Translations under genes and position numbers: made by a program
Notes under the pieces: generated by a model
What the model saw: the letters and a program-made list of their open reading frames with translations, nothing else
What the model was told of the DNA's origin: nothing
Databases searched by the model: none
Shown here: positions 44,544 to 54,007 of the stretch, piece by piece
Layout: each line of letters starts with the position of its first letter
Position numbering within the stretch: the stretch's first letter is position 1
Source of the DNA: Miltoncostaeaceae bacterium
GTDB taxonomy: Bacteria > Actinomycetota > Thermoleophilia > Miltoncostaeales > Miltoncostaeaceae
Direction: 5' to 3'
Length of the DNA: 64,000 bases
NCBI GenBank assembly: GCA_033856535.1
Contig: JAWVEV010000098.1
Coordinates: forward strand, 239 to 64,238

Positions 44544-45428
44544 GTGGAGCAGGCCATCGGAGCGGGGCTCGGCTCGTGGCGAGCCGGCCCCATCGAGTGG
44601 AAGCTGCAGTGGATCCTGCGCGTCGCGGTCGCGCTGGAGTTCTTCGGACACGGCATGTTCGGGGTGCTCCGCAAGGAGTCCTGGCTGGCGTACTACGACG
44701 CGCTCGGCATCTCCGCCGACCACGGCCGGATCCTCATGCCGATCACCGGCGCGGTGGACATCACTCTCGGCGTCATCGTCCTGCTCCGCCCGACGCGGGC
44801 GCTGATCGGCTACATGGCCGTCTGGGGGCTCTTCACCGCGTCGCTGCGGCCGCTGGCCGGCCAGGGCATCTGGGAGACGATCGAGCGCTCGTACAACTAC
44901 GGCGTCCCGCTGTCGCTGCTGCTGCTCTACGGCCTGGGCCGGACCCCCGCCGCGTGGATCGAGCGGGTCCGCGAGGTGCCGCGGCTGACGCGTGGGCGGG
45001 CGGCGGCCTTCTTCCGGGGGTTCCAGTGGATCATCGGCCTGTACCTGATCGGACACGGCGGGCTGGGGCTCTTCACCGACAAGCCCCTGCTGATCCAGCT
45101 CTACGACTCGGTCGGGCTGACCTCGCTGGTCGATGACCCGAGCTCGCTCAACACCTACGTCGGCCTGTTCGAGATCGGGCTCGGCGCCCTGGTCCTGATC
45201 GTCCCGGCGACGTCGCTGCTGCTGTTCGTGCTCGCCTACAAGCTCGGCACGGAGTTCCTGCACGTGACGGCCGGCATCTACGGTTCGCCGCTCGAGGTGA
45301 TCGAGCGGGCCGGCTGCTACGCCGCCCCGATCGGCGCGGTCATCTGCAAGCGGATCGCCCAGGGCGAGGACCAGAGGTCCGGCGCGTCGCGCCGGACCGA
45401 GATCGAGGGGCCGGCGGCGACCGCCTAG
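44544..45428 (+). CDS. polytopic membrane protein with an internal tandem duplication
   Basis: GTG 44544 sits 4 nt after GGAGG. Two homologous halves (QWI...GHG...G(D/E)I.LG..VL..P...E.IER..Y..P). Confidence 0.62.
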   Translation: MEQAIGAGLGSWRAGPIEWKLQWILRVAVALEFFGHGMFGVLRKESWLAYYDALGISADHGRILMPITGAVDITLGVIVLLRPTRALIGYMAVWGLFTASLRPLAGQGIWETIERSYNYGVPLSLLLLYGLGRTPAAWIERVREVPRLTRGRAAAFFRGFQWIIGLYLIGHGGLGLFTDKPLLIQLYDSVGLTSLVDDPSSLNTYVGLFEIGLGALVLIVPATSLLLFVLAYKLGTEFLHVTAGIYGSPLEVIERAGCYAAPIGAVICKRIAQGEDQRSGASRRTEIEGPAATA

Positions 45429-46327
45429 GTCCGAGCGCTCCTGGCCTCCAGGAGCTCCCGGAACTGGGCCGCGCTGCGCAGGGCGTGGTCCTTGGCGTTA
45501 TTGTTGAAGACCACGGCGACCTCCTGGGCGTGCTCCGCCAGGTCGAGCACCGGGTCGATCCACTCCTCGAGCTCGGCCTCGCTGTAGAGGTGATCGAAGC
45601 GCTCGGCCACGGTCTTGCCGGTGGTCCAGGTGGCGGCGTTGCGCCCGTGCAGGCGCACGTAGGCCAGCGCGTCGGAGGTGCGCTCGACGATCGGCGGCAT
45701 GGCGCTGGCCACGTCCAGGCGCGGCGCGTCCACGCAGACCCAGGCCGCGTCGTGCTCGCCGAGGAGCTCGGCCGCCGCCGCGCGCGCCTCGGGCTCGGCC
45801 CACGAGCGGTGGCGGAACTCGACCGCCGCCCGGGCCGGGCGCAGCCGGGAGATGATGCGCGCCAGCTCGGCGCGCTGCGCCTCGCCGGCGACCACGTACG
45901 GCGGCAGCTGGACCAGGATCGCGCCGAGCTTGTCACCGAGCGGGCCGCAGGCCTCCAGCAGGCTGTCGATGACCGCGTCGCGCATCTCGCGGGACGGGCG
46001 CCGGATGCGGCCGCGCTTGTCGAACGAGGCCGGCAGGTCGCGCAGCGCCGGCGGCAGGCGGCCCGGCTCGCTCGGGTGGCCCGAGATCACCTGGTGGGCC
46101 TTCACGTGGAAGCGGAAGCCCGGCGGCGTGCGCTCGGCCCAGTTGGCGACCGTCTGGACCGTCGGCAGCGCGTAGAAGCTGGAGTTGACCTCCACCATCG
46201 GGAAGCGCTCGGCGTAGTAGCGCAGGCGCCCCTCGGCGTCGTCCTTCACCTCCGGCGGATACCAGCCCGCCCTGATGAACTCGGGGTCGGTCCAGGACGC
46301 GGTGCCGACGCGGGCCCGCGCGAGGAT
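45425..46327 (-). CDS. DUF72 (YecE-like) family protein
   Basis: LRYYAERFPMVEVNSSFYALP core. The conserved N-terminal strand RVGTASWTDPEF lies upstream of the first ATG/GTG/TTG (46249). The 5' end is set at the in-frame ATC 46327 and is tentative. Confidence 0.75.
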   Translation of the reverse strand: MLARARVGTASWTDPEFIRAGWYPPEVKDDAEGRLRYYAERFPMVEVNSSFYALPTVQTVANWAERTPPGFRFHVKAHQVISGHPSEPGRLPPALRDLPASFDKRGRIRRPSREMRDAVIDSLLEACGPLGDKLGAILVQLPPYVVAGEAQRAELARIISRLRPARAAVEFRHRSWAEPEARAAAAELLGEHDAAWVCVDAPRLDVASAMPPIVERTSDALAYVRLHGRNAATWTTGKTVAERFDHLYSEAELEEWIDPVLDLAEHAQEVAVVFNNNAKDHALRSAAQFRELLEARSART

Positions 46328-46337
46328 CGGGGCGGGC

Positions 46338-46796
46338 TCAGACGTCGCCGTGCCCGTGCCGGCGCAGCTCCACGTCCAGCGCGCGCGCCTCGTCGTCGGT
46401 CGGCTCGCGCGGCGCGGGCCCCTCGGCCCGCGGCCGGCGCGCCCAGGCCCGGGTCACGATCGGGATCGCGATCAGGCCGGCGGCCACCAGCAGCCCCGGC
46501 ACGATCCAGGCGATCAGGTCGAAGCCCTTCTTCGGCGGCGTCGTGAGCACGCCCTCGCCGAACTCGTCCACCAGCCCGTCGATGATCCGCTGCTTGTCCC
46601 AGCCGCGGTCGATCCGCTCGGCGATGTACGCCTTCATGCGGACCGCGATCGGCGCGTTGGAGACGTCGAGCGGCGTATTGCAGGTCGGGCAGCGCACCTC
46701 GCGCGCGACCTGGTTCACCGTCAGCGCCGAGGCCAGCGCCGGGGCGGCGAGGAGCAGCGCGAGCGCGACGAGCACCGCGCGGACCGCGCGGCTCAC
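46338..46796 (-). CDS. ccmH: cytochrome c-type biogenesis protein CcmH/CycL-like
   Basis: The GTG forms a GTGA overlap with tlpA. Signal peptide, RCPTC motif and a C-terminal TM helix. Confidence 0.8.
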   Translation of the reverse strand: MSRAVRAVLVALALLLAAPALASALTVNQVAREVRCPTCNTPLDVSNAPIAVRMKAYIAERIDRGWDKQRIIDGLVDEFGEGVLTTPPKKGFDLIAWIVPGLLVAAGLIAIPIVTRAWARRPRAEGPAPREPTDDEARALDVELRRHGHGDV

Positions 46797-47419
46797 GCGG
46801 GCGCCTTCGCAGGAGGGGCGCCGATGTCGTCCAGGAGCCGGATCATCTCGTCGGCCCGCCGCACCTCGCCGATCTGGCGGTAGGCGATCCGCCCCTGCGG
46901 GTCGATCACGTAGGTCTCGGGCACGCCGGTCATCTGGAACTTGCCCCACGCGTCGTCGGAGCGGTCGCGCACCGTCGGGTAGCTCAGGTCGAACTCGTCC
47001 CAGAAGCCGCGCGCGTCGTCGCTGACGTCGCGCACGTCGATCCCGAGCACCACCACCTTGTCCTTCCCGCTCACCCGGTAGTGGCGGGCGACCTCGTCGA
47101 GCACCGGCGCCTCGGTCTCGCAGGGGGTGCACCACGACGCCCAGAGGTTGACCACGACGGTGCGTCCGCGCAGGTCGGCCAGGCTCACCTGCGATCCGAC
47201 CGGGCCGATGCCATCGCCGGTCACGAGCACGGGAAGCGTCAGCTCGGGCGCCGGGGGGCGCTCGCCGGCGGCGAGGGCGTCGCGGATGCTGGTGTCGACG
47301 CCCTTGTTGAGCAGGCCGACGACCAGGAGGGCGATCACGGCCACCACGGCCACGACGGCGGCGATCGGCCCCGCGAGGCGGCGGCGCTCGCGCGGGGGCG
47401 GTGAGGGGTCGGGCGTCAC
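46793..47419 (-). CDS. TlpA/ResA/DsbE-family thiol:disulfide oxidoreductase
   Basis: Membrane anchor plus a thioredoxin fold with WASWCTPC. Confidence 0.88.
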   Translation of the reverse strand: MTPDPSPPPRERRRLAGPIAAVVAVVAVIALLVVGLLNKGVDTSIRDALAAGERPPAPELTLPVLVTGDGIGPVGSQVSLADLRGRTVVVNLWASWCTPCETEAPVLDEVARHYRVSGKDKVVVLGIDVRDVSDDARGFWDEFDLSYPTVRDRSDDAWGKFQMTGVPETYVIDPQGRIAYRQIGEVRRADEMIRLLDDIGAPPAKAPA

Positions 47420-47476
47420 TCCGCGCCCGATGGTAGCCGCCGGCCGGCGGCCGGAGCGCGCGCGGCCGGGGCGGCC

Positions 47477-48256
47477 CTACCCGCCCATGAGGGCCCGAAT
47501 GGCCTGACCGGGGTCGTCCGCGCCCATCAGCGCCTCACCGACCAGGATCGCGTCGATCCCGGCCTCCTCGAGCGCCTCGACGTCCTCGTGGCGGGTGATG
47601 CCCGACTCGGCCACGACCACGGTGCCGGCCGGGACGTCGGACAGCAGCCGGAAGGTGGTGTCCAGGTCGACCTCGAGGCTGTGCAGGTTCCGGTTGTTGA
47701 TCCCGATGACCTCGACGCCGGCGTCGACCGCCTTCTCCATCTCGTTCTCGTCGTGGACCTCGACCAGGCAGTCCATGCCGAGCTCGCCGGCGAGCGCCGC
47801 GAGCCGGGCCAGGCGCTTCCGCTTGAGCGCGGCCACGATCAGGAGCACGGCGTCGGCGCCGGCCACCCGGGCCTCGAGCAGCTGGTACTCGTCGACCATG
47901 AAGTCCTTGCGCAGCAGCGGCAGCGTCGTCGCGCGGCGCGCCTCCACCAGGTCCTCGAGGCTGCCGCCGAACCAGTTCGGCTCGGTCAGGACCGAGCAGG
48001 CGCGCGCGCCGCCGGCGTCGTAGGCGGTGATGATCTCCGTGACGCCGGCGCCCGGCCGGATCGGGCCGCGCGAGGGGCTGGAGCGCTTCATCTCCGCGAT
48101 CAGCGAGATGCCCTCGTCGACCAGCGCCTCGGAGAAGGGGCGGCTGCGGCGCGACGGTCCCAGCCGGCGCTCCAGGTCGGCGGCCGGCACGTCCTGCTTG
48201 CGCCGAGCCAGCTCGGCCTCGGTGCGCTCGACGACGGTCTCGAGGAAGGTGGCCAC
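47477..48256 (-). CDS. trpC: indole-3-glycerol-phosphate synthase
   Basis: GTG 48256. SLIAEMKRSSPS, VLTEPNWFGGS and LRKDF motifs. Follows trpD. Confidence 0.9.
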   Translation of the reverse strand: MATFLETVVERTEAELARRKQDVPAADLERRLGPSRRSRPFSEALVDEGISLIAEMKRSSPSRGPIRPGAGVTEIITAYDAGGARACSVLTEPNWFGGSLEDLVEARRATTLPLLRKDFMVDEYQLLEARVAGADAVLLIVAALKRKRLARLAALAGELGMDCLVEVHDENEMEKAVDAGVEVIGINNRNLHSLEVDLDTTFRLLSDVPAGTVVVAESGITRHEDVEALEEAGIDAILVGEALMGADDPGQAIRALMGG

Positions 48257-48270
48257 CGGAGTCGCCGAGT

Positions 48271-49305
48271 CTAGCCCGCGGCCGCCAGCCGGCGGGTGGT
48301 CGCGACGAACGCGGCCAGGCGATCCCGGGCGGCCCCGGTGTCGATGCTCTCCTCGGCGACCGGGATCCCGTCGGCCAGGCTCTCCGCCCGTCCGGCGAGC
48401 CAGATGGCCGCGGCGGCGTTCAGCACCACCACGTCGCGGGCGGGGCCGCGGGTGCCGGCGAGCACCGACTCCACGACCGCCGCGTTCTGGGCGGGGTCGC
48501 CGCCGACGATCGCGCCCTCCGCGGGCGGGGCGAAGCCGAGCTCGGCCGGGTCGACCACCGTGGCGGTCACGACCGATCCCTGCACGTCCATCACGTCGGT
48601 CGGGGCGCCGGTCGAGATCTCGTCCATCCGGTCGCGCCCCGAGACCACCAGCGCCCGCTCGCAGCCGAGCTCGGCCAGCGCGGTCGCCATGCGCTCGATG
48701 TAGGTGTTGTCGGCGACCCCGAGCAGCTGGCGGGGCGCGCCGGCCGGGTTCGTGAGCGGGCCGAGCAGGTTGAAGATCGTGCGCACACCGAGCGCCCGGC
48801 GCACCGGCACGATGTGCTTGAAGGCCGGGTGGTGGGCCGGCGCGAACATGAAGCCCAGGCCGGTCTCCTCCAGGCAGCGCGCGACCGCGTCCGGATCGAG
48901 GTCGATCCGCGCGCCGAGCGCCTCGAGCACGTCGGCGCTGCCGCACTTGGAGGTCGCCGAGCGGTTGCCGTGCTTGGCCACCGCCACGCCGGCGCCGGCC
49001 ACCACGAAGGTGGACGTCGTCGAGATGTTGAAGGTGGAGCGCCCGCCGCCGGTGCCGCAGGTGTCGATGCACAAACCCTCGGGCGGGTGCACCCGCTCGG
49101 CGTGGGCGCGGACGGTCTGGGCCAGGCCGGCCAGCTCTGCCGCGCTCTCCCCTTTGGCCCTCAGCGCGATCAGGAAGCCGGCGGTCTGGGCCTCGCCGGC
49201 CTCGCCGGACATGACCGCCTCGAGCGCCGTCGCGGCGCCCTCGCGACCGATGTCCTCGCCGGCCAGGAGCCGGTCGATCGCCTCGGAAAGGACCTCGGTG
49301 GGCAC
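48271..49305 (-). CDS. trpD: anthranilate phosphoribosyltransferase
   Basis: DTCGTGGGRSTFNIST and KHGNRSATSKCGSADVLEALG. Confidence 0.93.
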   Translation of the reverse strand: MPTEVLSEAIDRLLAGEDIGREGAATALEAVMSGEAGEAQTAGFLIALRAKGESAAELAGLAQTVRAHAERVHPPEGLCIDTCGTGGGRSTFNISTTSTFVVAGAGVAVAKHGNRSATSKCGSADVLEALGARIDLDPDAVARCLEETGLGFMFAPAHHPAFKHIVPVRRALGVRTIFNLLGPLTNPAGAPRQLLGVADNTYIERMATALAELGCERALVVSGRDRMDEISTGAPTDVMDVQGSVVTATVVDPAELGFAPPAEGAIVGGDPAQNAAVVESVLAGTRGPARDVVVLNAAAAIWLAGRAESLADGIPVAEESIDTGAARDRLAAFVATTRRLAAAG

Positions 49306-49308
49306 CCT

Positions 49309-49881
49309 CTAGACCTCCAGGGCCAGGAAGTTGGCGAGCAGGGCCTTGCCCGAGCCGGTCAGGATCGATTCGGGGTGGAACTGGACGCCCTCGACGGGGT
49401 ACGACCGGTGGCGGACGCCCATGACGACGTCCCCGTCGCACCAGGCGGTCACCTCGAGCTCCGGCGGGACGTCGGCCTCGACCACCAGCGAGTGGTAGCG
49501 GGTGGCGATCATCGGGCTCTCGAGGCCGGCGAAGACGCTCCGGCCGTCGTGGTGGATCTCGCTGGTCTTGCCGTGCACCGGCTCGCGGCCGCGCACCACG
49601 CGCCCGCCGAAGGCCTGGCCGATGGCCTGGTGGCCCAGGCAGACGCCGAGGATCGGGACCTCGCCGGCGAGCGCGGTGATCGCCTCCAGCGAGATGCCGG
49701 CGTCGTCGGGCGTCTTCGGGCCCGGCGAGACGACCAGGTGGGTCGGCTCCAGGCGGCGCACGCCGGCCACGTCGATCGCGTCGTGCCGGTGCACGATCAC
49801 CTCGGCGCCCAGCTCCCCCAGGTACTGGACCAGGTTGTAGGTGAAGCTGTCGTAGTTGTCGATGAGGACGACGCGCGCCAC
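49309..49881 (-). CDS. trpG: anthranilate synthase component II (glutamine amidotransferase)
   Basis: VLIDNYDSFTYNLVQYL, GVCLGHQ and QFHPES. Confidence 0.93.
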   Translation of the reverse strand: MARVVLIDNYDSFTYNLVQYLGELGAEVIVHRHDAIDVAGVRRLEPTHLVVSPGPKTPDDAGISLEAITALAGEVPILGVCLGHQAIGQAFGGRVVRGREPVHGKTSEIHHDGRSVFAGLESPMIATRYHSLVVEADVPPELEVTAWCDGDVVMGVRHRSYPVEGVQFHPESILTGSGKALLANFLALEV

Positions 49882-49883
49882 GG

Positions 49884-51431
49884 CTACCAGTCCGGCTCCG
49901 CGGCGGCGACCTCGATCGCGCGAAAGAGGGCGCGGGCCTTGTTCTGGGTCTCCTCGTACTCGGTGGCGGGCACCGAGTCGGCCACGATGCCGGCGCCGGC
50001 CTGCACGTGCACCACGCGGTCGCGGCAGACGATCGTCCGGATCGTGATGCAGGTGTTGAGCGAGCCGTCGAAGCCGAAGTAGCCGACCGCGCCGCCGTAG
50101 GGGCCGCGCCGGGTGGGCTCGAGCTCGTCGATGATCTCCATCGCGCGGACCTTCGGCGCGCCCGACAGGGTCCCCGCCGGGAAGGTGGCGCGCAGCGCAT
50201 CGGCGCCGGTGCGGCCCGCAGCCAGCCGGCCGACCACCGAGCTCTCGATGTGCATGACGTGGCTGTATTGCTGCACGTCCATCAGGTCGCGCACCCGGAC
50301 CGTGCCGATCGTGGAGACCCGGCCCAGGTCGTTGCGGCCCAGGTCGACCAGCATCACGTGCTCGGCGCGCTCCTTCGGGTCGGCGAGCAGCTCGAGCCGC
50401 AGGCGCTCGTCCTCCTCGTCGCTGCCGCCGCGCGGGCGGCTGCCGGCGATCGGCCGCATCTCGAGGTTCCCGTCCTCGACCTTCACGAGCATCTCGGGCG
50501 AGGAGCCCACCAGGGTCACCTCGTCGGTCTCGAGGAAGAAGAGGTACGGCGACGGGTTGACCGTGCGAAGGCCGCGGTAGACCGCGAACGGGTCGAGGCT
50601 CATCGGCGCCGAGAAGCGTTGCGAGGGGACGACCTGGAAGGCGTCGCCGGCGTGGATGTACTCGCGGGCCCGCTCGACCGCCGCCTCGAACTCGGGGCGG
50701 GTGAAGTTGCTCGTGACCGGCCCGATCACCGGGTCGCCCTCGGGCGCCGGCGGGCGCGGCACCGGCCCGGCGAGCCGCTCCTTGAGCTCGGCGATCGTCG
50801 CCACCGCGCGCCAGTAGGCGGCCTCGACGTCGGTGTCGGGGTCGAGGGCGCAGGGCGCGACGATCGTGAGCGAGCGGCGCAGGTGGTCGAACAGCACGAC
50901 CGGGCCGGTGATCATGGCCTCGAGGTCCGGCAGGCCCAGGTCGTCGCGCGGCGGGTTCGGCAGGCGCTCCACCCGGCGCACCAGGTCGTAGCCGAAGTAG
51001 CCCACCGACCCGCCCCAGAAGGCGACCGGCTCGGCGGGCGGGCGCATGCCGACGGCCTCGACCACCGCCTCGACCGCGCCGAAGGGGTCGGCGGCGTCCA
51101 GCTCGGTCCGGGCGCCGTCGGCGGCGGTCATCACCAGCGCGTCGCCGCGGCCGTGGATGACGGCCTGCGGGCGCACGCCGATCATCGAGTATCGGCCCAG
51201 GCGTTGGCCCTGCTCGGTGGACTCCAGGAGGAAGGCCGGCCCGCCGTCGCGCAGCTTCAGGAAGGCGCTGACCGGGGTCTCGCAGTCGGCCAGGTAGGTG
51301 TGGACCAGCGGCACCTGGCCGCCGCTTCCGGCGAGTCGGCGCACCTCATCGACCCTCGGCGACACGGGCAGCGCGGGGCGACCGTCCCCGCGGGTCGGGC
51401 GGGGCGGGACCTCCAGGCGCAGGTCGGTCAC
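49884..51431 (-). CDS. trpE: anthranilate synthase component I
   Basis: GTG 51431 forms a GTGA overlap with his[25 protein letters not shown] and GGAVGYF. Confidence 0.93.
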   Translation of the reverse strand: MTDLRLEVPPRPTRGDGRPALPVSPRVDEVRRLAGSGGQVPLVHTYLADCETPVSAFLKLRDGGPAFLLESTEQGQRLGRYSMIGVRPQAVIHGRGDALVMTAADGARTELDAADPFGAVEAVVEAVGMRPPAEPVAFWGGSVGYFGYDLVRRVERLPNPPRDDLGLPDLEAMITGPVVLFDHLRRSLTIVAPCALDPDTDVEAAYWRAVATIAELKERLAGPVPRPPAPEGDPVIGPVTSNFTRPEFEAAVERAREYIHAGDAFQVVPSQRFSAPMSLDPFAVYRGLRTVNPSPYLFFLETDEVTLVGSSPEMLVKVEDGNLEMRPIAGSRPRGGSDEEDERLRLELLADPKERAEHVMLVDLGRNDLGRVSTIGTVRVRDLMDVQQYSHVMHIESSVVGRLAAGRTGADALRATFPAGTLSGAPKVRAMEIIDELEPTRRGPYGGAVGYFGFDGSLNTCITIRTIVCRDRVVHVQAGAGIVADSVPATEYEETQNKARALFRAIEVAAAEPDW

Positions 51432-52102
51432 GCCGCTCCGCGCGGTTCCGCGGCCGCGGCCGGGCGGCGGCGGCCCGCCAGCACGTCGGCCACCTCCTCG
51501 GCGCGCACCCCGCTCGCGCGCCACAGCACCGCCAGGTGGAAGAGCAGGTCGGCGCTCTCCTCGACGACGCGGTCGCGCTCGGCTCCCTTGGCCGCGATCG
51601 CGACCTCGGTCGCCTCCTCCCCCACCTTCTTGCAGACCGTGTCGATGCCCTTGGCGAGCAGGCGGGCGGTGTACGACGCGTCGGGGTCGGCCGCCGCGGC
51701 GCGGTCGGCGATCACCGCCTCGAGGTCCCCGAGCGCGGCGAAGGTCTCGGGATCGGCGCCCGAGAGCGGCTCGTGGAAGCAGGTCTCGGCGCCGGTGTGG
51801 CAGGCCACGCCGGTCTGATCGACGGTCACGAGCAGCGCGTCGGCGTCGCAGTCGAGCGCCACCGAGCGCACGGCCTGCGTGTTCCCGCTGGTCGCGCCCT
51901 TGCGCCACAGCTCCTGCCGGGAGCGGCTCCAGAACCAGGTCTCGCGACGCTCCAGGGTCAGCTCCAGCGAGGCGCGGCTCATCCAGGCGAGCGTGAGCAC
52001 GCGGCCGGTGGTCGCGTCCTGCACCACCGCGGGGACCAGCCCGTCGGGCCCGAAGCGGACCCGGTCGAGCAGATCGGTCGGCGCGGCCTCGCCTTCGGCC
52101 AT
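51428..52102 (-). CDS. hisIE: bifunctional phosphoribosyl-AMP cyclohydrolase / phosphoribosyl-ATP diphosphatase
   Basis: N-terminal HisI ([23 protein letters not shown]) followed by C-terminal HisE ([14 protein letters not shown]...ESADLLFHL). Confidence 0.92.
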   Translation of the reverse strand: MAEGEAAPTDLLDRVRFGPDGLVPAVVQDATTGRVLTLAWMSRASLELTLERRETWFWSRSRQELWRKGATSGNTQAVRSVALDCDADALLVTVDQTGVACHTGAETCFHEPLSGADPETFAALGDLEAVIADRAAAADPDASYTARLLAKGIDTVCKKVGEEATEVAIAAKGAERDRVVEESADLLFHLAVLWRASGVRAEEVADVLAGRRRPAAAAEPRGAA

Positions 52103-52797
52103 CAGGAGCCGCTCAGCGCGGCCAGCTCGCGCATGACGCCGACGGCCGACGAGGTGCCGACCCTGGCGGCTCCCGCGCCGACCATCGCCTGCACGTCCCC
52201 GAGCGTCCGCACCCCGCCGGCGGCCTTGACGCCGACCGACTCGGGCAGGGCGTCGCGCATCAGCTCGACGTCGGGCACGGTGGCCACGGTGCCCACGCCG
52301 GTGCAGGTCTTGGCGAAGTCCGCGCCGCTGTCGGTCACGATCTTGCAGGCGAGGCGCTTGAGCTTGTCGTCGAGCAGGGGGGCCTCGATGATGACCTTGA
52401 TGAGCACGTCGCCGCGCGCGACGTTCACCGCGCGCGAGCGGACCGCCCGGACCAGGGCGACGAGCTCGTCGCGCACGGCGCGGAAGTCGCCGGCGAGCAT
52501 CGCGGAGTAGTTCATGACCACATCGAGCTCATCGGCGCCCTCGGCCACGGCCTGCTCGGCCTCGCGGACCTTCGCGGCCGTCGACTGCCGCCCGCCGGGG
52601 AAGTCGATCACCGAGCAGACCTTCACGTCGCAGCCGTGCAGGCGCTCGGCCATGAGCGGCACGAAGTGGGGATACGAGCAGAGCGCCGCGAAGTGGTGCT
52701 CGAGCGACTCCGCGCAGGCCCGCTCGATGTCCGCCTCGGTGATCCCCGGCGCGAGCGCCGTGTGGTCCAGCGTCTTGGTGAGGTCCTCGGGCCGCAT
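52102..52797 (-). CDS. deoC: deoxyribose-phosphate aldolase
   Basis: ATG 52797. [15 protein letters not shown] and DFAKTCTG (Schiff-base Lys) motifs. 1-nt overlap with hisIE. Confidence 0.9.
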   Translation of the reverse strand: MRPEDLTKTLDHTALAPGITEADIERACAESLEHHFAALCSYPHFVPLMAERLHGCDVKVCSVIDFPGGRQSTAAKVREAEQAVAEGADELDVVMNYSAMLAGDFRAVRDELVALVRAVRSRAVNVARGDVLIKVIIEAPLLDDKLKRLACKIVTDSGADFAKTCTGVGTVATVPDVELMRDALPESVGVKAAGGVRTLGDVQAMVGAGAARVGTSSAVGVMRELAALSGS

Positions 52798-52864
52798 CAG
52801 CGACGCGCGGCGCGGAGGGTCCGGATCATCCGGGCGAGTATAGCGAGGGGTCGGAGGCCGCCCC

Positions 52865-53713
52865 CTGCCTGAGCTGCCGGAGCTGCAGGCCCTCGCCGAG
52901 GGCCTCACGCGCGCGGTCGCCGGTCGGGCGATCGAGGGCGTCGCCGAGTGGCAGGCGGCGACCCTGAAGACCGCCGAGCCGCCGCTCGCCGCGCTGGAGG
53001 GCCGGGCCGTCGGCGAGGTCTGGCGCCGCGGCAAGCTGCTCGGGGTGACCGCCGGCGACCTGACGCTGGTGGTCCACCTGATGCAGGCCGGCCGGCTCGG
53101 GCTGGTGCCCTCTCGTGAGGGCCGCCCGGGGCGGACGGCCGCCCTCGACCTCCGCCTGGAGGGCGGCTCAACGCTGCGCCTGCGCGAGCTCTCGACCGAG
53201 CGCCGCGCCGGCGCCCACCTGCTCGACGCCGAGGGGCTGGCGCGCCACGAGCCGCTGCTGCGCCTGGGCCCCGAGCCACTCGGCCTGGACGCCGCCGGCT
53301 GGCGGGAGGCGCTCGGCGCGCGGCCGGGGCGCCTGCACACCGCGCTGCGCGAGGGGCGCCGGGTGGCGGGCATCGGACGGGCGTACGCCAGCGACATCAT
53401 GTGGGCCGCCCGGCTGGCCCCGTTCGCCTCGGTGCAGAAGCTGCCCGACGAGGCCTGGGCGCGGCTCGCGGCCGGCGCCGAGACGGTGCTCACCCAGGCG
53501 CTGGCCCGCGCCCGGGCGGCGATCGACGTGGAGCTCCCGACCCGCGAGCGGCGCGTCACCGTCGTGCACGGGCACCACGGGGAGCCGTGCCTGCGCTGCG
53601 CGACGGCGCTCGAGCGGGTCTCCTTCGAGGGCTACGAGCTGGTCTACTGCCCGACCTGCCAGACCGCCGGCAAGGTCTACGCGGACCGCCGCAGGAGCCG
53701 TTTCCTGCGCTGA
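52865..53713 (+). CDS. Fpg/Nei family DNA glycosylase (apparent CTG start)
   Basis: (M)PELPELQ N-terminus, RRGKLL, H2TH RVAGIGRAYASDIMWAARL and zinc finger CLRC-x16-CPTC. In-frame TAG at 52841. GGAGG lies 7 nt before CTG 52865. No ATG/GTG/TTG before 53045. Confidence 0.85.
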   Translation: MPELPELQALAEGLTRAVAGRAIEGVAEWQAATLKTAEPPLAALEGRAVGEVWRRGKLLGVTAGDLTLVVHLMQAGRLGLVPSREGRPGRTAALDLRLEGGSTLRLRELSTERRAGAHLLDAEGLARHEPLLRLGPEPLGLDAAGWREALGARPGRLHTALREGRRVAGIGRAYASDIMWAARLAPFASVQKLPDEAWARLAAGAETVLTQALARARAAIDVELPTRERRVTVVHGHHGEPCLRCATALERVSFEGYELVYCPTCQTAGKVYADRRRSRFLR

Positions 53714-53918
53714 GCCGGCTCGGCGTTCCGACCAATTCGCGCCGCGGTAAAGACTGGGCGAACCATCCGTGGGCCGGCCGGATCCGCCGACCTAGCCTGT
53801 GAGCGTGGTCGGATCGGTCCCGCCCCGAGCGCCGTCTGCCTCCTCGGCCCTCGCGGGCGGGCCGGATTCGCCACAATCAGACCGCGCGCGGCGTTCCGCC
53901 CGCGCTGCCGACCGCGCC

Positions 53919-53956
53919 ATGCGGGGCGCACAGGTCGCCCCCTTCTGTGCCCCGCA
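53919..53956. terminator. long imperfect hairpin in a 294-nt convergent spacer
   Basis: ATGCGGGGCGCACAG-N10-CTGTGCCCCGCAT with one bulge, about 50 nt downstream of the minus-strand stop at 54008. No U-tract. Confidence 0.3.
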
Positions 53957-54007
53957 TCGGCGCGGCCTCGATCCGCGACGGATCGAGCGCCCCCCGCGGC
54001 CGACCCG

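Noticed and set aside
47436-47451. GCCGCCGGCCGGCGGC, a 16-nt perfect palindrome after trpC, considered as a terminator.
   Set aside because: A hairpin would have only about a 6-bp stem and there is no U-tract. Such GC palindromes are common by chance in this composition. It is mentioned only in passing.
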